Source of the DNA: Schaalia meyeri
GTDB taxonomy: Bacteria > Actinomycetota > Actinomycetes > Actinomycetales > Actinomycetaceae
Assembly (NCBI RefSeq): GCF_900105015.1
Contig: NZ_FNLK01000008.1
Coordinates: 132,281 to 164,280 of the forward strand
Reading direction: 5' to 3'
Length of the DNA: 32,000 bases
This document shows, one piece after another, positions 15,359 to 23,545 of this stretch (position 1 is its first letter; each line of letters begins with the position of its first letter). The notes beneath the pieces are model-generated. The model saw only the letters and a list, made by a program, of their open reading frames with translations, had not been told where the DNA came from and searched no databases. The translations under genes were made by a program, and so were the position numbers.

Positions 15359-16710
15359 CAGGCAAAGAGACCACAGTATTTCCCTCTGGGGAGTCGGGAA
15401 GCGACGGGGAGGTCCATGCCGACGTTGCCGAGGACGCGCGCAAGTCGCGCGGGCAGCTAGGCAGGGACTACCTGTGGAACACGGCGGCCTCCCTGATGTC
15501 GAGCCTCGCGGTCATCATCATGGGCGTGGCGATCGTGCGTTCGGGGACCACCGAGTCGTTCGCCCGAGCCCAGTACGGACTCTTCACCCTGGCGCTGGCC
15601 ATCGGCCAGCAGTACCAAACTGTCGGCATGTACGAGGTGCGCACATTCCACGTCACCGACGTGCGCAGGCGCTTCGACTTCGGCACCTACCTGTCGACGA
15701 GGATCCTCACCTGCTTCGTTATGGTTGCCCTCATCGGCTACCACGCCTGGGACGTGTCGCTTAAGGACCCTTATCCGGCATTGACGGTCATTGGTTCCAT
15801 AGCGTTCTTGCGCATTTTCGACGCCTTCGAGGACGTGTACTACTCCGAGTTCCAGCGCTCGGGACGCCTTGACATCGCGGGCAAAGCCTGCTTCGCCCGC
15901 ATCTTCACTACGACGATGCTGTGGTCGGTCCTCTACTGGGTGACCCAGGATCTCCTCGTATCTACACTCATCACGTTCGCAGTGACCTGCGTCATCCTCT
16001 TAGTTGTCTACGGTGCGCCGGCGCGCGGCATGTTCTCGCTGCGCCCCTCGATCGCGCTGGGCGCCGTCGGTCGGATCCTGTGGGAGTGTTTGCCCCTGTT
16101 CGTCGCCGCATTCCTCAACCAGTACTTGGCGAATGCTCCGCGTTTCGCGATCCACTCGACTCTCGGCGACGAGGAGCTCGGCGTTTTCGCCATCGTCTTT
16201 ATGCCGGCCATCGCAATCAACATGCTCTCCCTCTTCGTCTTTCGCCCACTTCTGACTCGCATGGCGCTGCACTGGGCGGAGGGAGACCGCAGCACATTCA
16301 TGGCGATCGTCCGGCGCGGCCTCGCAACCACCGGCCTCGCCTTTTGTCTCGTCGCCGCCGTGACCTACGTGGTCGGCGCTCCCCTGCTCTCCCTCGTTTT
16401 CGGAACCGATGTGTCCGGCTATGTCCGCGAGCTCATGGTCCTGGTCTTGGCCGGCGCCCTCAATGCTGCCGGCGTTATTCTCTACTATGCTCTGGCCACG
16501 ATGAGGCGCCTGAGGGCAGTCCTGGCCGCGTACGCCGTTGCGGCCGCGTACGCCTACGTGACCACGCCGCTGCTAACGGAATCGCTAGGTATGCTCGGCG
16601 CTTCGGTTGCCTACGCCACAATCATGACTCTGCTCGCCCTGCTCTTCGGCCTCATCATGGTAGTTTCGCTGCGGCAGCGTCGTGAGGAAACGGAGCCCAC
16701 TGGTGATTGA
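15355..16710 (+). CDS. MOP-superfamily polysaccharide/teichoic-acid flippase (Wzx/TacF-like)
   Basis: 451 aa with about 12-14 TM spans and an N-terminal YLWNTAASLMSSLAVIIMGVAIVR typical of Wzx-type flippases. The GTG start forms a GTGA overlap with the licD3 stop. Confidence 0.7.
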   Translation: MTGKETTVFPSGESGSDGEVHADVAEDARKSRGQLGRDYLWNTAASLMSSLAVIIMGVAIVRSGTTESFARAQYGLFTLALAIGQQYQTVGMYEVRTFHVTDVRRRFDFGTYLSTRILTCFVMVALIGYHAWDVSLKDPYPALTVIGSIAFLRIFDAFEDVYYSEFQRSGRLDIAGKACFARIFTTTMLWSVLYWVTQDLLVSTLITFAVTCVILLVVYGAPARGMFSLRPSIALGAVGRILWECLPLFVAAFLNQYLANAPRFAIHSTLGDEELGVFAIVFMPAIAINMLSLFVFRPLLTRMALHWAEGDRSTFMAIVRRGLATTGLAFCLVAAVTYVVGAPLLSLVFGTDVSGYVRELMVLVLAGALNAAGVILYYALATMRRLRAVLAAYAVAAAYAYVTTPLLTESLGMLGASVAYATIMTLLALLFGLIMVVSLRQRREETEPTGD

Positions 16711-16896
16711 TTGTACTCGCGCGGCGCCGCACGCTTCGCTCCGCGCTCGGCCTGCCTATCCCGGGCGCTGCGGTAGCGGGAGTGCGATGCGTTTGTGGGG
16801 CCGGGCCTCTTTCGCAGTGATGCCTATCGCGGTGATACGAGGCCGCCCGCACCCGTACAGCCCGGATCGTTGCCAGCCACTGACAAGGAGCAGTGA

Positions 16897-18036
16897 ATGC
16901 GTATTGCGTTCGTCGTGAACAGCTATCCGCCCCGGCTGGGCGGATTGGAGTCCCACATTTACCACCTGTCGGTATCCCTGGCACGGTTGGGGCACCAGGT
17001 GTACGTGCTGACCATTTCCGATGAGCCGGGTCATCGCACCCAGGAGCGGGTCGACATCCGCACCAATCGGCGTTATTTCCCCATCGCGGACATCATCAGC
17101 TTCCCCGCCGTGGGAACGACTCGCCAGATCGCGCGCTTCCTGAAGCGAGAGAGCATCGACGCCGTCAGCGTGCACACGCGGTTCTTCCCCATGAGCTTCG
17201 TCGGGGTCCGCGCCGCACGCAAGGCGGGTATCCCGGTCATCCACACGGAGCACGGGTCGGGGTTTGTCGCCTCCTCGTCGCCCGTCATCAGATCGGCGTC
17301 GCGTGCGGTTGACGTGACGATGGGACGCTACGTGCTGCGCCACGCGGACCGCGTGCTGGGCGTGTCCGAGCAGGCCGCCGCTTTCGCCTCACGCCTGGGC
17401 GGGGTGAACACTCAGGTGTTCTACAACGCGATCACGCCGCCCGCGCGCCGCTCAGTGCCGATCAATGATCGCCACCGTCACCTGGTCTTCGTTGGCCGCA
17501 TGGTCCCGGGAAAGGGCTGGGACACGTTTATCGAGGCCGTGGCGCGGCTGCGCGAGGCGGGTGCGCAGGTGAGCGGCGAACTGCTGGGCACGGGCGCCGA
17601 CCTTGAGGCCGCACGCGCGCTCATTGCGCGGCGCGGCCTCACCGAGCAGGTCTGCGCGCCGGGTCGCGTGAGCGCCGACGAGGTCCGTTCCCGTCTGGCC
17701 GGTGCGACCCTCGTGAATCCCACGGTGTTGTCTGAGGGCTTCCAAACGACGCTGCTGGAGGCCCTCGCTGAACGCGGGCGCGTCGTCACCTTCACCGTCC
17801 CGGGGGCGCGGGTCCTGGCCGAGCAGGGAAATCCGGTGATCATCACCGCCGAGAGGACGGTCGATTCGCTGGTCGCCACCCTGCGCGATTTCCTGGAGGC
17901 CCCGCCGCCCCTGGGGGAGCCCGACCTGATCGACGCCTGGACGTGGCCGGTGCGGGCACGCGAGTACGCGGCCATCGCCTCGTCGCTGATCGCGGGTTCT
18001 GGCCCCGATGTCCCGCACCCCCTGGCCCCACACTGA
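16897..18036 (+). CDS. Glycosyltransferase family 4
   Basis: MRIAFVVNSYPPRLGGLESHIYHLSVSLARLGHQVYVLT, with AAGGAG upstream of the ATG and a C-terminal GT-B half (SEGFQTTLLEALAERG). Confidence 0.85.
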   Translation: MRIAFVVNSYPPRLGGLESHIYHLSVSLARLGHQVYVLTISDEPGHRTQERVDIRTNRRYFPIADIISFPAVGTTRQIARFLKRESIDAVSVHTRFFPMSFVGVRAARKAGIPVIHTEHGSGFVASSSPVIRSASRAVDVTMGRYVLRHADRVLGVSEQAAAFASRLGGVNTQVFYNAITPPARRSVPINDRHRHLVFVGRMVPGKGWDTFIEAVARLREAGAQVSGELLGTGADLEAARALIARRGLTEQVCAPGRVSADEVRSRLAGATLVNPTVLSEGFQTTLLEALAERGRVVTFTVPGARVLAEQGNPVIITAERTVDSLVATLRDFLEAPPPLGEPDLIDAWTWPVRAREYAAIASSLIAGSGPDVPHPLAPH

Positions 18037-18219
18037 GGCTCTATCCTCGCGCCCTCCTTGACGAAAAGGGGCGCCCGTACCGGCCAGCGGCAGCCCGCCT
18101 GCGAGGCGCGGTGTTACGCCGCCTCACCCTTCACCTCATCCGGTGAAACAGGCACGTGCCCACGGCGCGCGGTTACACGAGCCGGGGGCGTGGCCGCGCC
18201 AATGAATATTCCCCGCGCA

Positions 18220-19077
18220 TCACCCGGCGTAGGGCTGGTCGCCCACCCATTCCGCGGAGCGGACGTGCGCGGGCGGGCGCTGGTCCTCAGGGGGGATGCG
18301 CTGCCAGTCGCCGTAGTAGTCGCGCAGGATTTTCTCGGCCTGTGCGGGGATGGCGAAGCGCCGTCCCTCGAAGCTCGCCGTGCGCGTCGGGAAGAGTTCG
18401 TCGGGCCGGATGGTGTTCCGGCTCATGACGTCGTCGACCAGCAGCACCCAGCGTTCGTTATCCTCCTCGCTTACCTGCGAGCGGTGACAGCCCTGGGCCG
18501 TCTCGTCTTGCCTGCGTGAAATGGCATAGAGATTGGCAAAACGCGTGATCGGGTACAGCAGGTACTTGATGGCGCGACGCGCAGCGGACGTGGCGTATCG
18601 CGGGTTCGATGCCGCGATGTACTTCCACCACACCAGCCGGTGTTCCTTCCGCGCCGCGCGGTGAACGTGCGGATCGGTCACGTCGACGCGCTCGAGCGGG
18701 AAAATGTCGACCCACAGCCCCAGGGTGCCGGCCGATTCGTCGAGGAATGACTCAACGGCCCGAGTGCGCGTATCGACCAGCTTGCAGTAGGAGTTGATTG
18801 ACGTGCGATCCCGGTAGCTCGCCAGCGCATAGTGCTCGCCGAGCGCCCCTTCCTGCCACAGGCGATAGAGCTTCTCGTAGTCGTCGCGGGGCATGTAGAC
18901 GTCGATGTCGTCGTCCCACGGGATGAAACCGCGATGCCGCAGCGCCCCGATGAGCGTTCCGTACGCCAGCGCATAGGACAGTTGATGGTCGCGGCAGACG
19001 CGATCGAGTTCGGAGAGAATATCCAGTTCAATCGCCTTCACCTGGCGCGCCTCAAGTTGGGTCATCGGCTCTCTCAT
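18220..19077 (-). CDS. licD: LicD-family phosphotransferase, paralog 4 (opposite strand)
   Basis: YALAYGTLIGALRHRGFIPWDDDIDVYMPRDDYEKL and the C-terminal DYYGDWQRIPP. The start is uncertain: ATG 19077 (MREPMTQLEAR) is chosen, 19065 and 19188 are alternatives. Confidence 0.85.
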   Translation of the reverse strand: MREPMTQLEARQVKAIELDILSELDRVCRDHQLSYALAYGTLIGALRHRGFIPWDDDIDVYMPRDDYEKLYRLWQEGALGEHYALASYRDRTSINSYCKLVDTRTRAVESFLDESAGTLGLWVDIFPLERVDVTDPHVHRAARKEHRLVWWKYIAASNPRYATSAARRAIKYLLYPITRFANLYAISRRQDETAQGCHRSQVSEEDNERWVLLVDDVMSRNTIRPDELFPTRTASFEGRRFAIPAQAEKILRDYYGDWQRIPPEDQRPPAHVRSAEWVGDQPYAG

Positions 19078-19242
19078 CGTGTCGAATTGAGGGGTTGTGA
19101 ACTGGTGTCCAGGGTAGTACACCGCCGCGGGCGTGCGCACTTCCTTCCCTCTCCTGGGCCCTTCGGACATAGGGGCCTGGCCGCGCACGGCGACCGTAAC
19201 GGGGTTTCGTCACCCTTAGATCGGGCCACACAAATCCCCATT

Positions 19243-19254
19243 TTGTCCAGACAA
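19243..19254. promoter_or_regulatory. Candidate HutC/GntR operator: palindrome TTGTC-CA-GACAA
   Basis: Inverted repeat read directly in the licD4/gntR divergent spacer, 100 nt upstream of the gntR ATG. It matches 9 of 12 positions of the DasR/NagR dre core TGGTCTAGACCA as I recall it, and the mismatches are symmetric. Confidence 0.4.
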
Positions 19255-19353
19255 TAGGTTTAGCGCGTCGCTCCGGGGAACAACACCAGCGCTGATACCA
19301 TGTAGCCCTAACAATTTATCAAATCCGTTGTGCCGCCACACGAAAGTCTCGCC

Positions 19354-20118
19354 ATGCCACGATCAGCCGCCGCAGCGACGCCCCCTTACATCCCCGACAT
19401 TACGCTGGACCGATCCTCCCCGGTCCCCCTCTATTTCCAGATCTCGGAACCCATCGCGCAGCTCATTAATTCCGGCACGCTGCCCGCCGATACTCGCTTG
19501 GAAGACGAGTTATCCATGGCCGCCCGCCTGCACGTCTCGCGCCCCACCGCCCGCCAGGCCCTCCAGCGACTGGTGGATCGCGGCCTGCTGACGCGCAGGC
19601 GCGGCGTCGGCACGATCGTGTCGCCGCGCCACGTCCACCGCCCCATGGAGCTCACCTCCCTTATGCGCGACCTCGTGGAGGCCGGGCACAAAGTTCACAC
19701 GACAATCCAGCGCTACGAGGCCCGCCCGGCCACCGCACGGGATGCCGACGCTCTCGGAACCGACGAGGGAACGCTCATCGTTAGCATCGAACGCACGCGT
19801 TTTGCGAACGATGAACCCATCGCCGTGCTCACCAACTTCATCCCCGCAGACATCGCCCCAACAATGCAGGAACTCACGTCAGGCTCCCTCTACGAGTTGA
19901 TGCGCGAGCGCGGCGTCACCCTGGCCTCGGCCCGCCAGGTGATCGGAGCGCGCAACGCCACGGCCAAGGAAGCCAAGCTCCTATCCGAACACCGCGGCGC
20001 CGCCCTGCTCACAACGCAGCGCACGACCTACGATCCCTCGGGGCGGATCGTGGAGTACGGCGACCACATCTACCGCGCGTCCCGATACTCCTTCGAGGCG
20101 AACCTTTTCGCGCAGTAG
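19354..20118 (+). CDS. GntR-family transcriptional regulator, HutC subfamily (wHTH plus UTRA effector domain)
   Basis: PLYFQISEPIAQLINSGTLPADTRLEDELSMAARLHVSRPTARQALQRLVDRGLLTRRRGVGTIV, then a UTRA-like C-terminus (IERTRFANDEPIAVLTNFIP...YRASRYSFE). ATG 19354 is preferred; the track ORF begins at GTG 19330. Confidence 0.85.
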   Translation: MPRSAAAATPPYIPDITLDRSSPVPLYFQISEPIAQLINSGTLPADTRLEDELSMAARLHVSRPTARQALQRLVDRGLLTRRRGVGTIVSPRHVHRPMELTSLMRDLVEAGHKVHTTIQRYEARPATARDADALGTDEGTLIVSIERTRFANDEPIAVLTNFIPADIAPTMQELTSGSLYELMRERGVTLASARQVIGARNATAKEAKLLSEHRGAALLTTQRTTYDPSGRIVEYGDHIYRASRYSFEANLFAQ

Positions 20119-20153
20119 CCTCCTCAAAACTCTGCTTATTGCCCGACAGGCTG

Positions 20154-20175
20154 GCACGGGTTAGCCTGCCCGTGC
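20154..20175. terminator. Hairpin between convergent genes (stem GCACGGG/CCCGTGC, 8-nt loop); possible bidirectional terminator
   Basis: Read directly in the 85-bp spacer between the gntR stop (20118) and the fucosidase stop (20204). There is no clear U-tract on either strand. Confidence 0.35.
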
Positions 20176-20203
20176 GCACCGCTGCGGGTCGTCGCTCCCC
20201 ACC

Positions 20204-21601
20204 TCACGCCCGAGGAGCGACGACGACGAGGGGGAAAGCCCGTCCGCGAGCATCCCTCAGCGGCTGTTCCCCGGCGCGCACGCTCAGGCTCATCCCGTCC
20301 CACGAGCACTCCCCGCCCGGCGTGAGGGCCGCGGCCCGCGAGTAGTCAAAGCCCGTCGGCAGCCCGCCGACCCGACAGGCGAGGGAATCGGCCACCACGG
20401 CGACACGGTCATCGTGGGCGAGAAGGCGAACCCAGACCTCGTCCGAGCCCCCCACCGAGCGCGCGCTCGGCACGGGGCTGGCCTTTGGGGCCAGCGCTTC
20501 CGCTCCCACCAGCTCCGACCCAAACAGGTCGTTCCACACGCCCATGTCCTCCAGGCACTCGCGCTGGCCGCGCGGGATGATCCCATCCGCGCGCGGGCCG
20601 ACGTTGAGCAGGAGGCGACCGCCTCGCGAGACCACGTCCACCAGGTGACGGACGGCCGCGGCACCCCCGAGGTAGTGGTGTTCTCCCTCGGCGCGGTTAT
20701 ACCCGAAGGACTGGCCGATGCCTCGGCAGTTCTCCCAGGGCTTTCCACTGGCCTCCGATTCCCCCATGTGCTGGTACTCGCTGGTCAGGTAGTCCGCGTG
20801 AACACCGCCGTAGCGGTCGTTCGTCACCCCCTCGGGGCGGGCCTCGTAGAAGTATTCGAACAGCGTCCCCAGCCCGTAGGCCCCAAAGTTCTTGCCGTCG
20901 TCCGGCCAGTCGATGTCGTTCCAGATGAGGTCGGGCTCGTAGCGGTCGATCAGGTCCCGCACGTGCAGGAAGCAGTACCGGGCGTAGTCGGCGTCCTTCG
21001 GGCGACACAGATCCGTGCAGTCCTCTTCGGAGAGGATGGGCCGCGCGGGCCGATAGTGCCAGTCCAGGCCGCCCGAGTAGTACAGTCCCACGCGCAGTCC
21101 CACCTCCCGTGCGGCATCCGTAAAGCCCGCCACCAGGTCGGCGCGGGGGCCCCGACGAACCGTGTTCCTCGCGCCCGTTTCCGGCGCGTCCCACAAGGTT
21201 ACGCCGTCGTGGTGTTTCGTCGTGAGCACCGCATAGCGCCCGCCCGCTCGGCGGAACAGGCGCATCCATTCGGCGGGGTCCCACGCATCCGGATCCCACG
21301 CGTCCAGGAACGCGTCGTAGGAGGCCGCCCCGTACAGATCCCGGTGGCGCTCGGCCGCCGGGGAGCCCGGGATGCGAATCGTATTGAAGTACCACTCCGC
21401 GTAGGAATTGTGCGTAAACCACGCCTCCCAGTCGTCCTCGACGCCCAGCTCACCGTGGTCCTCCGCCCACGCGGGCACCGAATAGGGACCCCAGTGGACG
21501 AAAATACCCAACGGGGCGTCCTGAAACCACCGCGGCGTCGGCCTCGTCAACGCGCGCCAGCGCTGGTCGTCGCCCGTTTCACGCCGTTCCACGCCCGTCA
21601 C
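20204..21601 (-). CDS. Alpha-L-fucosidase, glycoside hydrolase family 29, apparently cytoplasmic
   Basis: The GH29 N-terminal signature is WFQDAPLGIFVHWGPYSVPAW, followed by TKHHDGVTLWD and LIWNDIDWP. GTG 21601 forms a GTGA overlap with the upstream permease stop. The track ORF extension to 21814 overlaps that gene and was trimmed. No signal peptide is present. Confidence 0.9.
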   Translation of the reverse strand: MTGVERRETGDDQRWRALTRPTPRWFQDAPLGIFVHWGPYSVPAWAEDHGELGVEDDWEAWFTHNSYAEWYFNTIRIPGSPAAERHRDLYGAASYDAFLDAWDPDAWDPAEWMRLFRRAGGRYAVLTTKHHDGVTLWDAPETGARNTVRRGPRADLVAGFTDAAREVGLRVGLYYSGGLDWHYRPARPILSEEDCTDLCRPKDADYARYCFLHVRDLIDRYEPDLIWNDIDWPDDGKNFGAYGLGTLFEYFYEARPEGVTNDRYGGVHADYLTSEYQHMGESEASGKPWENCRGIGQSFGYNRAEGEHHYLGGAAAVRHLVDVVSRGGRLLLNVGPRADGIIPRGQRECLEDMGVWNDLFGSELVGAEALAPKASPVPSARSVGGSDEVWVRLLAHDDRVAVVADSLACRVGGLPTGFDYSRAAALTPGGECSWDGMSLSVRAGEQPLRDARGRAFPLVVVAPRA

Positions 21602-22425
21602 CGCCCTCCGAACGCGCCCAGGGTGACGCCCTTTTCCAGCTGCTTTTGCAAGAACACGACCAGCAGGATCGACGGGATCGTCGTCATGGTGACTGCGGCC
21701 ATCAGCGGCCCCCAGTCGGTGCCGCGCTCGCCCGAAAACATCTGTAGGCCCAGCGGAATGGTCGCCAGAGACGAATCCTTGACCACGATCAGGGGCCACA
21801 GGAACGTCGACCAATACTCGATGAACGCGAACACGCCCACGACCGTAATCGGAGCCTTGAGCAGGGGAAGCAGGATCTTCGTCAGGATCTGCCAGTCGCC
21901 GCAGCCGTCAATGCGCGCCGCCTCCTCGAACTCGAGCGGCAAAGACATGAGGAACTGACGGATCAGGAACGCCCCGAAAGCGCCGAACGCGAAGGGGACG
22001 ATGAGGGCGAAATAGGAGTTCACCAGGCCCGCACGCTGCATGCCGATGTACAGGGGGATCACCAGGACCTCCTGCGGCAGGACCAGCGTGCCCAGGAACA
22101 GCATGAAGAGGTGGTCGCGCCCCCTAAAACGCAGCCGCGCAAAGGCGTAGGCGGACAGGATAGACACGATGACCACGAGGGCCGCGCCGGACAGCGACAC
22201 GATGAACGAGTTCAGGACGACCCGCCCGAAGGGAATCGAACGCAACGCGGAGGGGTAGTTATCCCACGCAACCTCGCTCCCCACGGGGCTGATGCCCGAC
22301 GTGAACACCTCGTTGGTCGGCTTCAGCGACGTGGCGACCATCCAGGCGAAGGGAAACAGGAACGCGACCGCAATCAGCCCCAGGAGGATCACCGAAATGA
22401 CCGTTGATGCACGCTTCTTACGCAT
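21598..22425 (-). CDS. Carbohydrate ABC transporter permease (MalG/BPD_transp_1 type)
   Basis: 275 aa with 6 TM spans and the EAA loop EEAARIDGCGDWQILTKILLPLLKAP. Confidence 0.9.
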   Translation of the reverse strand: MRKKRASTVISVILLGLIAVAFLFPFAWMVATSLKPTNEVFTSGISPVGSEVAWDNYPSALRSIPFGRVVLNSFIVSLSGAALVVIVSILSAYAFARLRFRGRDHLFMLFLGTLVLPQEVLVIPLYIGMQRAGLVNSYFALIVPFAFGAFGAFLIRQFLMSLPLEFEEAARIDGCGDWQILTKILLPLLKAPITVVGVFAFIEYWSTFLWPLIVVKDSSLATIPLGLQMFSGERGTDWGPLMAAVTMTTIPSILLVVFLQKQLEKGVTLGAFGGR

Positions 22426-23407
22426 CGTAGTTCACCCACTTTTTCTGCCCCGCGAACTGCAGAGCCGTCACCGTCATGACAATCACGAAGAGCACCCACG
22501 CCATCGAGGAGGCGTAGCCGAGCTTGTCGAAAGAGAAGCCGTTGCGGTACAGGGACAACACGATCGTGTTGGTCGATTCACCGGGGCCTCCCAGCGTCAG
22601 GAAGTACGGCTGTGCGAATACCTTGAACGCGCCGATGATCGTCATGACCGTGCAGAAGAACACGGTCGGGGAGATCATCGGGAACACGACCTTAAAGAAG
22701 CGCTGGGCACCCGTGCAGCCGTCGATCGTCGCCGCCTCCAACACCGACGTGTTGAGGCCGTTGAGTCCGGCCGTCAGCACCACGATGTTGTAACCCAGGC
22801 CCTGCCACAGGCTCATCACCAGCAGCGACCCCATCGCCAGTGCGGGGTGGTTCAGGAACGGGACCGGCGAGATGCCCACCTTCTCCAGCGCAGAGTTGAC
22901 GACGCCCTGGTCGGACAGCAAGAGACGCCAGATCAGCGCGTTGCCGACCATCGGGGTGACAACCGGGATAAAGAAGATCACGCGCAGGACGCGGCTGAGC
23001 CACTCCGGCACCCTTTGAAGCCAGTAGCTGAGGCCCAGGGAGATCACCAGGTTCGCCGCCGTGTAGCACGCCGCAAACACGACGGTGTTGCGCATGACCG
23101 TCCAAAAGGCGGGGTCCTCGCCGCTGAGCATGCGCCGGTAGTTCTCCACGCCAACGAAGCGCCCGCCCCCGAAGAGGGACCAGTCGTAGAAGGAGATCGC
23201 CAGCGATGCGATCAGGGGAAGGACGATGAACAGCAGGAAGCCGCTCATGCCCGGCGTCAGATAGGCCAGGGCTCGCAACCCTTCGCCGCGTTTGCCCCCG
23301 TCGCGCGCCCTCGCGTTCCGCACGTTCTTGGAGGCCCTTGCTCCTCCCCCGCCCGTCGCGGCGCCAAGGGGCGCGCTGCGATCAGGTTTCGCCATGTCAA
23401 CGCTCAT
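22418..23407 (-). CDS. Carbohydrate ABC transporter permease (MalF type)
   Basis: 329 aa with the EAA loop LEAATIDGCTGAQRFFKVVFPMISP. GAAAGGTGAG lies upstream of ATG 23407. There is an 8-nt overlap with the next permease gene. Confidence 0.9.
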   Translation of the reverse strand: MSVDMAKPDRSAPLGAATGGGGARASKNVRNARARDGGKRGEGLRALAYLTPGMSGFLLFIVLPLIASLAISFYDWSLFGGGRFVGVENYRRMLSGEDPAFWTVMRNTVVFAACYTAANLVISLGLSYWLQRVPEWLSRVLRVIFFIPVVTPMVGNALIWRLLLSDQGVVNSALEKVGISPVPFLNHPALAMGSLLVMSLWQGLGYNIVVLTAGLNGLNTSVLEAATIDGCTGAQRFFKVVFPMISPTVFFCTVMTIIGAFKVFAQPYFLTLGGPGESTNTIVLSLYRNGFSFDKLGYASSMAWVLFVIVMTVTALQFAGQKKWVNYDA

Positions 23408-23545
23408 CGGGTGTGCTCACCTTTCCATCATGTCAGCCACAGCCAACCCCACGCGCATCAACGAAGCGGCGCGGACGCACACGCCCCCGGCAAGGCCGAA
23501 GTTACAAGCGGGTTGCCTCCGGCCTCGCCGAGTGATCGGTGGCAC

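Noticed and set aside
16682-16918. 78-aa ORF spanning the flippase/GT4 spacer, and 18058-18519 (153 aa) spanning the GT4/licD4 spacer.
   Set aside because: Neither has an SD. Both have Arg/Ala/Pro-rich composition and overlap flanking genes, consistent with random ORFs in GC-rich DNA.
20147-20175. Possible H-type pseudoknot: CAGGCT/AGCCTG (20147-20152 / 20163-20168) interleaved with GCACGGG/CCCGTGC (20154-20160 / 20169-20175).
   Set aside because: The connecting loops would be 1, 2 and 0 nt, which is sterically implausible for 6- and 7-bp stems. These are more likely two mutually exclusive hairpins, and I kept only the stronger one as a weak terminator candidate.
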